This document shows, piece by piece, positions 35,236-47,510 of a stretch of 64,000 nucleotides of DNA (position 1 is the first letter of the stretch; every line of letters starts with the position of its first letter). Made by a program: the position numbers and the translations under genes. Source of the stretch: Cladosporium halotolerans (Eukaryota). Under the pieces are notes generated by a model. It did not search any database and had not been told where the DNA came from. It saw only the letters and a list, made by a program, of their open reading frames with translations. The stretch spans positions 62,001 to 126,000 of the forward strand of contig NW_027191493.1 in the NCBI RefSeq assembly GCF_011745625.1, in the 5' to 3' direction.

Positions 35236-37178
35236 TTAGGAGACAGTGCGAGGAGAGACCGACGTGTTGTCGTCGTCAGCCGAAGTGTCAGCCGGCTCAG
35301 CGTCCAATGGCTCCGTTGCGCTCTCGTCGTCGGCCGAAGTGTCTGCCGGCCCAGCGCCAGGTGGCTTGAACTCGCCGTCGACGAAGAGATCGGGCCTAAG
35401 ATCTGGGCGGCTGCGGTAGGCTGAGTCGGGGATTTGCTCGCCCACGCGGTACGCGGTCTTGACTGAGTCGGCGGAGCCGGCGGAGCCGTCAGAAGCGTCG
35501 GAGGAGCGGCGCTTCGCGTTGTCTTTAGCGAGAAGGTCGCTGAGGCTCTTGTACGGGGATGCAGAGCTGAGCGGCGTGCACCCTGGGGAATGCTCGATGG
35601 AATCGGGACCCTTGGGGGTGGAGATGTCGGCGCCGGAAGCGCGGGCCTTTTCGCGCTCGAGTTGCTCTTCTGCCTCCTCTTCTGCGCACCACTTGTCGAA
35701 CCACTTGGAAAATCCGGCTTCGGCGTCGGCTTGCTTGCGTGCTTCTGTGAGGGAGAGTGGAGGTCAGCGCTCGAGCTTCAACTTGTCGGTCGGCAGGCAC
35801 GCGCCCAAGAATGATGAAGCGCGGGGTGCGGCTAGCGCCAGCGGGATCGGGATCGCCGGCCCGGAAGCGCGCACCCTCCTGTAACCTCACCTCACGAACG
35901 ACCTGCGCCGCTTGAAGGGGGAAACGTACCATCCTCAGCCTTCTGCTGCTCATACTTCTCGCGCAGCTTGCCGCCAACCGCTTGCCCTTCGACGGTCAAC
36001 CAGACGCGCGATCCGTGTGGGCCTTCAGCCTGATAGCCGGGGTGGATCTTGACACCGTCCTTCAACAAGCCGTGCTGTTGCATGTGATTCAAAAATTTGA
36101 TCTCATCGTCCCTCTCGGTGAACATGGCCAAGCCGGCAGATGCCTTCTCTTTCCTGATGTCTTTGTACTCGGCGGGGTCCTGGACGTTAGTCGCGTCGGT
36201 GAAGTAGTTGACGCTGTTGGGAACCACGGGCGGCGGCGGGTCGTAGGGGCGGTACTTGTGCTCGTTGACGGTCATGTCGTGGATGGCCTGGCCGATTGCG
36301 CGCATGTCGCGAGTCGGAAGCGGATAGCCCTTCATGTGCATAGTACGCCCGTCGGCGGCCCCGGCGTAGAGTCTCTCGCTGGACCACTTCGCGTAGTTGC
36401 GAATGAAGGGATTGTCGGTCATCTCCTCGTCGTCTTCGTCGGACATCGTGTTGGCGCGGCCGGCATTGAGCTCGGAGAAGGTGTAACCGCGCTTGCGTGA
36501 AAGGCTCCTCGGCCTCTTCATGTCCTGCTCGTTAGGCTTCATACGCTGCTCGCCGTACGGCGGCAACTGCGTTAGAGGCTCCAAGGACACGCCGCCCTGG
36601 TCTCCTGGTGCAAATCCCGCACGCCGGCCCTCACGCCTGCTCTCACGCCTGCCCATGCTCCGATCGAAGAGATCGTACCCTCCGCTGCTGCTGCGCTTGC
36701 CTGTGGTCCCCTCGCTTTCCTTCGCTGCTGCCTTGGAAGGAGAAGAAACTTCATACATACCAGCGGACTCCTCACCCTCAGATTCCTTCGGCTCCATGCC
36801 GGGAATCCTCATGGTGTAGGTGACGCCGTCGATGACTTGCGGGACGTTAACAATTTCTTCCAGGGGTCGAGGGAGGATGCCTCCGCCAGGAGCGAGCCTG
36901 GAAGCCGGGATCGAGTAGTCGGGCTCGAACAGCGCTGGGCCCTCTGGCTCCATCACGCAGGGGAGGCTGTCGCGCATTCTCGGGGTCGGTGGCGGCGCGC
37001 GCATTGCTAGGACCTGCTTACGTTTCTTCTCCTTCTCGTACTTGACCTGCTTGTCTTTGATGGTGTCCATTTGATTGGCGTGGAGCCACATCAGTTTACC
37101 ACGCTCGCTGAGGCCCGGAGGCGGCGGCGTCTGTGGCGGCATCTTGTCCGGATCGCGCGGTGTGCGGGAGCGCGGCAT
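35236..37178 (-). CDS. Lineage-specific hypothetical protein (~585 aa); 2 exons (intron 35929-35745)
   Basis: ORF 35892-37178 has a GTACGT donor after KAED. Acceptor gctgac…cacag gives an in-phase exon EARKQADAEAGFSKWFDKW… ending at TAA 35236-35238. Confidence 0.65.
35268..35358. repeat. Imperfect coding tandem duplication, 54-bp period (PADTSADD twice)
   Basis: gtcgtcagccgaagtgtcagccggctcagcg versus gtcgtcggccgaagtgtctgccggcccagcg. Confidence 0.7.
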
Positions 37179-37464
37179 GGTGAATGATGAGGTGAAAGAG
37201 TGCGCGATGGTGTGATCGCGGTGTGAAAGAGGGTGATGAAGTTAACGAACGAGGTGAGTTGGGTCTGAGTATATACGAAGGAATAAAGCTACAGCGCACC
37301 CGCAGTAATAGTGGTCGCCGCCCGCGCATGTGATTCCCTTAGCGTGTTGCCCTGCAAACGAGCGCCTGACTCCCCCATCGCTCCTTCCCTAAAACTAGGT
37401 GTTTATGACGATGACGTCGATAGGATCGTTGATGGAGATGCGTTCACAAACGACTGTCCGGTTA

Positions 37465-40400
37465 TTATGTTGATGAGGTGTCGGCGCTACCTCTCCGATC
37501 GTGAGTACGATCGGGAGGCGACGGTGGTGGAACACTGCTACCATAACCTTCATTCAGTTCCTTTTCCTTCGATGAACAGCCGTCCGCACTTCCTTCACCG
37601 CGATAGCAAATTTCTCCAAGACTTGTCGGCCTCCTCTTCTGCCGAGGAGAGCGTGCAGCTTCGATGGAGAGCTTCTCAGTGACTGCTTTTGCAGCAGAGC
37701 CGCTGCCCGTAGGCTTGACAGAGTCTACGAGAGTCTTGAACACGCCCCTTGCGGACGAGAATCCGAGAGAAGCTGTGCTTTTTGCTGCGTTCGGCGCCCA
37801 AGAGGTCTTGTCGTTATCGAGTGAGAATGCGAGCGCTTTCCTGGCCCGACTGGAGTCCGTTGACGACACGGATGATCGGTCAGAGTCTGATAGAGCGGCA
37901 GCTCTTCGATCGATGGGAGGACGAAAGGATGTCTGCGTCGGTGTCTGGACAAGATCCTGGACTTTCTGCTCGGTAATTGCGCGACTCTCGGTCGGTGGGT
38001 GAATCGCAGGCGTTGGCTTAATCTGTTCTTTGATCTCGGAGTTGTTGTCACCGCTTGATCTCCGTGGCTGTAATTGAATCTGAAGAGAGCGACCTTGTTG
38101 GTATCGAAATCGATCAGGAATGAGCTCCAAGCTGGTTAACCTTCGGCAATTGGGCCGGTACGCGGCTGGGGCGTCGGGAGAGACGTTTGCGACTCCTCGT
38201 GGTGCAGGTGACAGGCGTATCTGGCTGGTGTTTGACAGATCATCAAACATTGGCTCCTTGGGCAAATGCGGTTTGACGACGGGGCGGCTCCGATGCTGTG
38301 CCGCTGGCTCATGCTGCTCGAGGTTCCAATCGCCATCATCAACAGTTGTACCTTGGGGCAGCGAATGCTTCGAGACACCCCGCACGCCCGAAACAAGCTT
38401 GGAATTCGATGCAGAAGGACCGGCCTGTTCAGCCTGCTGTGCATCGTCTCTGACTTCTTCCGGGGTATTATGGGGCTTCGCCTTTCCCTTGTCTAGTGGC
38501 GTGGCTTGCCTCGACATCGAGGGCTTCCGAGGTGTACAGTCCCTTCGGGGCAGTATGGGCGAGTGGCATGGAGATTTTGGTCGAGAATCCGGAGCAATCT
38601 GACATGGTGGATCGCCCGCATCTGCTTGTAGTATGGGATTACCCTCCGTGCCGCGCTGCACTCCGCCTTGGTCTGAGGGACCGAGGATTTGCGACCCTGG
38701 CGCCTCTATTTCCTTGTTGATGGGCTCGAGACACGTGGCCAAAGGAGGCATCACCAGGTCTCGTGAAAGATCCGACGCTGCTGATTCGGATGCCAAAACG
38801 TCGCCATCGATCTGGTTGGCCTCAATTGCAGGCGTTTGTGGCAGCTGCTCCCTCAACGCGCGTCTTATTCCACCAGGCATCGATTTGATCATCTTCGTTG
38901 GGAGCAGCCTTTCACGAACAGTTTGACTGCTCGCAAATACCGTTGCGTAGCCCACCTCGCGCCAAGGCAGTGCAAACAGCGTTGAGTACTTGACATCCTC
39001 CAGTGACAATAGCTCGCACTGATATGCCATGGCTCGAATGTAGACCAGTTGTGCGATGCTCGTGAGACCATTGCTCAGGAACCGCTGGATTCTTCTGGCG
39101 CGCTCTTTACTTGTCTGGATGGCGAGATAGATTGCGCTGATGTTGATGAAAGTGTCGAACTCACTGCCGTGACGAACACCATTTGACTTGAGCTTCTGAT
39201 GGCGTTGCATGGTCCCTAGGATGTAGCTCTCTGCTGCGCAATCGACGGGGTCTGGAGACGGGAGGAGCGACAGATCTGGAACTCTGAGTGTAGATGACGC
39301 CAGCTAAGCGCCTTGACACTGCTGTCGAGGCTTGGTGTCGGTCATGCTTTCATGTAGATAGTTCCGCGCCTCAAGAAAATCCCCTCCTCTTGACACTCCA
39401 TTATGTAAGCAGTGGATGTCGTAGAGGAAGCCGGTGACATCCGTGAAACTGCTCTGCGGAGCAACAAGGTTGCCACGAAGCTCGGATGGCACTTGAGCGA
39501 GCGAAGCAAAGATCTTCCAAGAGGGCTTATTCAGCAATTCGTTCAGCTGCGCAGCGAAAGAACTCATCTTTCCGTCATTGTTCTCATGCCACATGCAGTT
39601 TTCCAGCCTTGCGGCGACTTCGCGAGCATGATCGCATAGAGAAAGAATGTATCTCGCTTGAGAGGCTAGCTTCGCCAATTCTCTAGCGTCCCCCATGCGC
39701 GCCATCCTGCATTGAACTTCGTCGGCGGTGGAAATAGCGAAGGTACCATACGTGTCGCCGAGTCCAGTCGGAGCCCGCTGAACAACGTCTCCGAGCCCAC
39801 ATGGTTGGAAAGATGCTCTGGTGTAGTCTGTTTCTGGGCCTGGGTTCGCTTGGAAACGCGGTCGAAAAGTAAGCTCGAAGAAATCTGTGGCATTCATCTC
39901 CTCAGGTACAGCCGCCGATAGGATGGTGCATGCTTCAAAGCAGCTCCGGCGTTGCTTTTTCGGTGGCGTCAAAGGCCTTTCCGGTGATGGTGTTCCTGAT
40001 GGCTCGGGCAGGCTCTCATTGCTGCCGGCCTGCCTGATCTCTTCACCCTGTCTTGCCTCGTTTGCGGAAACATTGGCTTGTTCGGGTTGTGGCCTTACGA
40101 TCCGAGGTACTTGCGGGACTGCACCATGTTCAATGGGGAGCATTCTATCGTTTCGGATTCCGCGAGGCATCATGGATCGCAGTTCCACTTCGTCAATCCA
40201 CTGCGAAAGATTTGCGCCCCGATGCGGAACATTCTGCAGCGCAGATGTGTCTAGATGCGGTCGACGCCGAACCCTAGCGCTTTGTGCAAATGAACGTGTG
40301 TGATTGTGCGTCTGACGCCCTGCGGTGAAGCGAAGCTTGTAGGGGAATCGTTGACGCCTTTCGTTGTCTCGCTGCTCCCTTGCGACAGCTTCTAGTTCCG

Positions 40401-43400
40401 ATGCAAGGCGCGGGTTGCTGAAGTCACGGGCTGCGCGGAGATCGTTCTGACGCTCGTTCCCACTGCGCATGCTCACTTCATCCGGTGTTAATTGCAACTC
40501 CCTCCTGCGCACTCGATATCTCGCCGGGACTCGATCTGATCGCATGTATTGGCTCCTTCTTCCTCGGTAGATGTAGGCGTGGTCATTGAGCCATTCCGGG
40601 TATGATTCGGGAGTACCTCCTTCGTCAACCCGAGCTTGTGGTGGGTCCAGAGGATATCCTGTGGTGGCTTGTGGCGGCACCGCAACGACTGGCCTCGACG
40701 CATGTCTCGACTCGTTTGGGTCCCAAGCCCTTGGAGTTTGGTCCCAAACCGGTGCTGTCTCGCGAATCATTGGTTCGATTCGGGCCTCAGCAGCTCCTAT
40801 CGGACCAGTTGCTCTGCCATCATGCTGACGCACACCTCCATAATGCCCATCATCAGCAGATTGAGAGCCAGAACGCAGGCGCCTCCTTGAAGGCGCTGAA
40901 TGTTGACCGCGATGCGTGAAGACTTGCAGATGGTCATTCGAGACGTACTGCGGATCTTCGTTAAGAATCTTGCTCAGAGGTGAAAGCTGTGACACCGGAT
41001 TGGCGTTATCGTCGTCGGTTGAGTATGCATGGTCGATGCCACATTGAGTCTGCACCAAAGTTCTAGCCGGATGAGTTGATGGCGCTTTTCGTTTGGCTCT
41101 TCGATTTCTTCTGGAGGAAGGAGAAGCAGGTGAACTTAGTGTCAACGAATCGAAGTGGCGCGATCGGGGTGTATCTGCGGAGTAGTCGGGGGAACGCGGC
41201 TGCATCTCGTGAATCGAAGACCCAGTTTCTTCGGGACCTGGAGTGATGCCGCAGCGCTGGTGTTTTTTTGCACGATCCTTCTCAAGCTCCTCATCAAAGG
41301 AGGAACGGCATTGTGCCTGATGGAAAATAGCATTGCTGGTCGATGGGTCGACAGTGGTATCATCACACGCGTTTACATCCCAGCCTATGCTGAACGCGTC
41401 CAATGTCTCTTTCAAAGCAGCCCAGCAGCGCCGTAATGCCCCGAAGCCAGGTTCGGGCTGTCTGCCGTCAGTGCTCTGAGATTTGGGAGAGTAATTTTCG
41501 ATCTGTTTGCTCTCCTGGAAAGGATCTGGTCCTTCTCTCCAGCTATCTAAAACGCTTCTGACAACCGGCGCGGACGGTTTGCTTGGAGGACTCAGAATGG
41601 CCTTGGAGCCCGAGCTTTTTAGTCTCTGTTGATAATCTTGCCACTCTCTCAGACTATCTGCCATGACCGCTCTCACGATGTCATCGTCGATCGTCTGCCG
41701 GAAGTCGATCGCTCGAGCGTCATATGATATATGCGTGAGGGAGAAGATCTTAGGATCTTTGTCAAGATCGCGGGCTCTGCCCTTGCCTTTGCCAGAATAC
41801 TTTCTCTGCCACTCGCCGGGGCCTTGAGAGCTTGGATCGGTGGGATCTTCGGTAGCGGTAGGCGGCTGCGAGCTTTCAGGAGCAGGCCTCCGCCGTTCGG
41901 TCGCCAGCTCTCCGTTTGGCCTTGGGCGTAGTGGGAATGGCTGCGAGAGGTTCGGAGCAATTGGTGTTTCGTCAACTCCAGCTCGAGAGGCTGATGACCC
42001 TGCAGAGGACGCAGCATCACCCGGGCCCAAGGACTTTGGAGATACAGACTCGTCATCATACGTCTTCAACAAATCTCCCGAGCGGCTGGTAGTCTGTAAC
42101 CGGAGCTGACCACGACCTGCTGCTCCCTCTCCCGGGGCTGATAGATTGTTCCCTTGCGTGATTTCTGTCCGGGCCATACTCTGCTGCACCACTAGGTCCT
42201 CAAAATCCCTCCGCGGCGGGAAGTCGGATGGCAGCGGCGCTGGCGGCGGTTGTGGTGTCCTCGAAGAAGATGCAGTAGAGGATCGCGAGCGTGCAAACCA
42301 CTTCCTCAGCGACCGGTGGAACTTGGCAACTTTGGTCACTGCTTGGATAATGGCAAACTCCTGGTGGGGCTCAACTCGCGCCTCTTGCCTGCGTCGTTCA
42401 ATTTGTCTCACTCGTTCATCCATTTCTTCAAGCTCGGCCTCGGAGAGAAATTGGGTTCTCTGGAACGGAGCAAAGCTGACCCTCCTCTTTGGTGGTTGTA
42501 TGCCCGGTGCAGCTTTTGTGCCCGGAGCAAATCGAATGTGTCTTTGGCGTGGTTGCGTTTCCGGAGCGAATATAGCAGTCCTGGTGCTAGCTTGCGAATC
42601 AGAACTGCTGGTTCCATCGCTGTCATCAGTTTCGTCAGACTCCAGGGCCTGTCCTCTGTGACGCTCGGCTCCAGAATAAGACGTGCGAACACGGGCGCCA
42701 GGGCGCCCTGCAACTGAACGCAAGGGCTCTGACAGGCTCGACCTCCGTCTCGGCTCGTGATGGTCGGGCCTCCAATGCCGCCTTGCTAAGTATCTCCTCG
42801 TCGTGATGTGAGGACCGTACCTCACGACATTCTCAGACGTATCCGACAAAGCCCGTCTCTTCACTATAATTGCTGCGCCCGATCGCCTTGCATGCCAGCC
42901 CCGGTGGCGTCTGGATCTTGCGTATTCCTCTCTCATAGCGAACGAGTTCCTGTATGTTTCGACCGAATTGGTCAGGTTCTGGCGGCGAACATTGTAATGA
43001 AGCTGCACCGATTTGGTCGGAGACCGTTCGTTGTAGTTCACGATCTCGCTCTTCGGGACGAATTTTGCCCTTGGGCAGAGTTCGTTGGCGGCAGGAGTCT
43101 GGGATTTAGGAGGATTGACTCGCCAGATCGGTTTTCCGAACAGTTGAACTGTACGGAGTAGATGGGGGTAGCTGGACATTTCGGCCATGGGAGAGCTTGG
43201 AGGTGAGTGGGAGGCTGATCTTGGTCCGTCATCCATCATTTGCCGGGTAGGCCCCTGATCAATCTCCGATTCTTCGTTTGATATGACATCTTGGCCAGAT
43301 GAGGAGCTTTGGGGCTGATTGGAGTCATGGCGCTGTGCACGTTTTGAGCTACTCGGTGCATTGAATGTGTTCTGAGGGGGATATTGGGATGCTTTCCGGC

Positions 43401-43407
43401 GAGACAT
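37465..43407 (-). CDS. Very large, mostly disordered hypothetical protein (1981 codons) with a single in-frame TAG at 39304-39306; pseudogene, readthrough or two genes
   Basis: ORFs 39304-43407 and 37465-39210 are in the same frame, and the 93 nt between them are 31 sense codons. No family recognised. Confidence 0.6.
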
Positions 43408-43738
43408 GTTGTGTTAAGTTTCGGTGACACGTGAGCTGGACCGATGCGCGATAAATGAAACCCAGGAGCACGCGGTCAATGCATGTTCGATAATGGCGTG
43501 ATAAGGTGAGGCTTTGTTGTACCTACATTCAGAATGCAGTTGGCGAGAACGGCGTCACACATCTCCATACCACGGCTTGCAGCAGGCGCCGGTATGATGG
43601 GTGCCTTCCATCTCTCATTGAAAGAATCCGCGGAAGTCTCTGCTGGGATACAGAACTTACAGTGCCTCAGGAGCAGTCGGAATCATCGTAGTTGATACAT
43701 CTCAACATTACTTCCTCAAGGCCATCATCTTATTAATA

Positions 43739-44719
43739 TTAGAAGCCATCTTTTATCCCCTTCTTCTGCTCTTCAGCCAGTCGCTTGTCATTGATATCCC
43801 ACCACCACTGATTACTCTCGTCCCTGCCTTCCTTCTTCTTGTCCTCATTTGTCTCGTCCCAGGGCTTCGGGGCCAAAATGTAATGCACGTTCTTGACTTT
43901 ATCATCCCTCCAAATCGCGTCATGGACACCTTTCCACCGCAAAGTCTTCAGCGCATTGTAGATGTAGGGAATGCCTACCCAGCGTCCGTTGAAGACGTCG
44001 CCGAGGAGGGACTGGTCGCTGAACTCGTACGACGACGTCGCTTCCGAGCTCATCGCATTGGAGATCATATCGTAGGCGTCAGCGCTGGGATTTACCACTT
44101 GTAGGCCTCCATTCGGCATCGCCAATCCGGCCGTTGACGGCGCGCCCTCGACCTGCGCCTTCTCCGGCTCGCCGTGCTGCGACGTGAACGCGCAGTTCTC
44201 CGGAATCCAATCGCGAGGGTAATGCGGCTTCTTCAGCGGATTGCAAACGCAGGCATGGCTCGCAGCGAACACTCGCGGGCCTTTGCCGGCCGCCGACGGC
44301 GCGTCGAGCGGGATGTCCATCAGCTCGTCCATGTTCTGCAGGCACAACATGTCGCTGTCCAGCTGGACGACGCGCTCATATTCCACCAGACTGAACGGCG
44401 TCAGCTTACTCCAGCAGTCGTAGAAGCGCGGGTCGTTGGTGAAGTCCTTGGCCGTCTTGGGGAGGAGGTAGGGAATGGACTTCTTGGGGATTCCACGCGC
44501 GTCGAGGGCGTCATGGCCTTCTTTGGGGAAGGATTCGGTGTAGAGGGCCACGAGAGGGTACTTGGAGCCCGCGAGCTTGAGGGAGTAGTCAAGGGTGAGG
44601 AGGCCTGAGAGGTAGTCGGTGTTTGTGATCAGCGTCGTCCAGACTTTGGGTGAGTCGACGACGCGCTCGGGTGTAGGGTTCGCTGCGCCGATGGCGCTGC
44701 TCGCGTTGTCAGCCGTCAT
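43739..44719 (-). CDS. Glycosyltransferase family 8 protein (glycogenin/galactinol synthase-like), probably cytosolic
   Basis: VWTTLITNTDYLSGLLTLDYSL, CWSKL, the DxD motif in QLDSDM, HACVCNP, NGGL, DQSLL, YNALK and NVHYIL..KPW. Confidence 0.9.
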   Translation of the reverse strand: MTADNASSAIGAANPTPERVVDSPKVWTTLITNTDYLSGLLTLDYSLKLAGSKYPLVALYTESFPKEGHDALDARGIPKKSIPYLLPKTAKDFTNDPRFYDCWSKLTPFSLVEYERVVQLDSDMLCLQNMDELMDIPLDAPSAAGKGPRVFAASHACVCNPLKKPHYPRDWIPENCAFTSQHGEPEKAQVEGAPSTAGLAMPNGGLQVVNPSADAYDMISNAMSSEATSSYEFSDQSLLGDVFNGRWVGIPYIYNALKTLRWKGVHDAIWRDDKVKNVHYILAPKPWDETNEDKKKEGRDESNQWWWDINDKRLAEEQKKGIKDGF

Positions 44720-45076
44720 GGTATACGTGCTGTGAGATCGGTACCTGAATTATTAGCCTCGAGTCACAATAGTCCAGCTCCATGGCGGTAGGGGAGGAAT
44801 TTCGTGGCGCATTCAGGCCAACCACAGCTAATCGCGCCGGCTGCGTTCGCGATTGAACCCCGCCGATCTCGCGCCCCGCCGCGCGAAATCCTCCCAGTCG
44901 CAGACGTCATGTCGGCCAGATCTCATCAATCAAACCCCCGTTGATCGGCGCCAGATTTGATTAGACTTAACGCTACTGCCAGAGGGTCCTGTCGCTTATT
45001 CTCCAGCTCGATGCGCGCCAATTGCTGCATCTTTTGACATGATCACTGTCACGCTTTGCAGTGTTACCGGTCTCCC

Positions 45077-46128
45077 ATGTCGGTGAAGCATGCTACGCCT
45101 GCCGGCATAAACCAGACCGATGGGAAGGAGGTCATAGCCGCGCCCCAGGGCGGGCAGTACAAAGGCTTCGTCGCTGGTGTCTTCTCCGGTATTGCGAAAC
45201 TGAGTGTCGGGTGAGTGGTGGTTTGGCAGAATATCTCCATGAGGAACACGCAGCTGACGGCGCTTCCAGTCATCCCTTCGACACGATCAAGGTCCGCCTG
45301 CAGACTGCGCCCCATTCACAATTCTCTGGTCCGCTCGACTGTCTCCTACAGACCATCAGGAAAGAAGGCGTCAATGGCCTCTACAAGGGAGCTACTCCGC
45401 CGCTCGTCGGCTGGATGTGCATGGACAGTCTGATGTTAGGGTCTCTTACGCAATACCGTCGCCTGATCAACGAGCACATCGTCCAGCCGAGGCGCGCCGC
45501 TCAACCCGCATCAGTATGGGCAGGAAGGGAGGCTGAGAAAGCGAAGCTGCCAGCGCTGGGCCACGGCTTTGCCGGCCTGTTTGCTGGTTGGACAGTCAGT
45601 TTCATCGCTGCGCCAGTCGAGCACGTAAAGGCTCGGTTACAAGTGCAGTACTCGCGCGCGAGGAATGAGCGTTTGTACAGTGGTCCGATCGATTGCACCC
45701 GTAAGATCCTCAGACAACATCACATTTCTGGCCTTTGGCATGGCCTTGGCTCCACATTACTGTTCCGGACGTATTTCTTCTTCTGGTGGGGGAGCTACGA
45801 TCTGTTCACCCAAGCATTCCAGAAACACACAAATCTCAGCACACCAGCTATCAACTTTTGGGCAGGAGGGCTGAGTGCACAGATCTTCTGGATCACCAGT
45901 TATCCCTCAGACGTAGTCAAGCAGAGGATTATGACGGACGAGCTGGGTGCAGCAAGAAAGTTCCCCAGATGGAGAGATGCGGCCATGACGGTGTACAGGG
46001 AGAACGGTTGGAAGGGATACTGGCGGGGATTCGTCCCATGTTTCTTGCGGGCTTTCCCGGCCAACGCAATGGCTCTGGTGGCATTTGAGGGAGTCATGCG
46101 TACGCTGAACCGCTCAGATCTCCCTTGA
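45077..46128 (+). CDS. Mitochondrial carrier (SLC25; amino acid/carnitine-type); 2 exons (intron 45211-45269)
   Basis: Three Px[DE]xx[KR] signatures (HPFDTIKVRLQ, APVEHVKARLQ, YPSDVVKQRIM), plus GLYKGATPPL and RAFPANA. Confidence 0.92.
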
Positions 46129-46853
46129 AGTGGGAGTGGCCTGACCAATCTACTTTTGCTTCGTCTCCAGTCTGCGTGCGAAGCACAAGATTCCCCTCAC
46201 TCGGGCATCCGCTGGGAGGATGGGAGCCATCTATAGACGCCGCTTTTGCCAATGTAAATGTACAACACACCCACTTACGACTCTTCTCACCGATCCACTC
46301 AAAGCTCTGCGCGATATATAGCACGATCACGCAATGATCCCCGGGAGCGAAAGCTCCGTGACTGTGCTACTGCTGCGCAAACGCCACATTCGCAGCCACA
46401 TCCAGTGGTTTAGAAACTCATGTTCTCGGTAGCCCGAGATTTTGCCGTGTCACCATAACATCTCGGACATCCAGATGTCCACGCTTCAGACAGAAGGGCA
46501 TCGATCCTTGTGTCTACACGGCACCGAGCCTCATTGAGGCTACTCGAATCTGGATGCAGCGATCGGGCAGACTTGTATAGGTAGCCCGCACGCAGAGATG
46601 CGTGAGCGATCCAATGGTGCCGAAACCTTTCAAATGCCCCTGCGTCCTGTGGACGGCATCAGACCACATCGTTCTATAATTGCCTCGGTGGGCTTCTAGT
46701 ACGCTTCGCAATGCGCTCATCCCTGCTTGGACGTCTTGCGCCGAAATCGCTGTCGTGCGTTCTGGCTGGGAGTTGATACCATCCTTTATCTCAGTCTCAT
46801 GACTTGTTGTCCCCTCCAATGTACGCCATCTCAAGTCCTCTCCACAACTGAAA

Positions 46854-47510
46854 GTGCAGTTGCTATCGCCGGAGCGCATAATCCTGAATACACTCGAACG
46901 ATCGAAGCACGACAAATGGGGCTTTGTGATCTACCGTTGCACGTACGAGGACGACCAGGGCTGGGAGCTCTTCAAGCACCTCCTCCACGAACGCACGGAA
47001 AACACCATACGGACCTCTGACGCGCCTGAAGCTACCGACAGCCTTGAGTGGACTTTCGTGGAAGACCGCGCAGCGCTCGAGGGCGCTTCAAGATCTCAGC
47101 TCCGCGACCGCTTCAACCGGTGGGCCGACCTGGCCTTTGTGACCGAGCAACCGCGGGCCCACGCAGAGGCTCAGGAATATCCCCTGTTTGGCGTTCCGCG
47201 GTATAACTACTTCATCCAGGTTGACGAGGAAGCTTTGAAAAGCGTTCTGGCAGCACCTAGGCGGGATAGCTATGGCGAGGGGTTTGTTAACCTTGCGGAT
47301 TCGCGATGGAACCCTTTTGGAAGCCGATACCCCAGGCACGAAGACGACGATGTGTTTGAGCGGATTGACGGGTGCACGGATGAAGATGTTGGCTGGATGA
47401 GGGTCGCAGCCAGGATGATCAACACCTACTTGTACGAAGCAGCTATCGACTTTCCCGGTGATGTCTGGTATGTGTTCCATCAGCGGCCACCTGGAGTTTT
47501 AAGAAACTGA
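46854..47510 (+). CDS. Fungal hypothetical protein of the WGFVIYRCTY type; start codon unresolved
   Basis: KWGFVIYRCTYEDDQGW, LEWTFVED, PRYNYFIQVDEEAL and IDGCTDEDVGWM. There is no in-frame ATG between the stop at 46800-46802 and the conserved motif. Confidence 0.65.
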   Translation: MQLLSPERIILNTLERSKHDKWGFVIYRCTYEDDQGWELFKHLLHERTENTIRTSDAPEATDSLEWTFVEDRAALEGASRSQLRDRFNRWADLAFVTEQPRAHAEAQEYPLFGVPRYNYFIQVDEEALKSVLAAPRRDSYGEGFVNLADSRWNPFGSRYPRHEDDDVFERIDGCTDEDVGWMRVAARMINTYLYEAAIDFPGDVWYVFHQRPPGVLRN

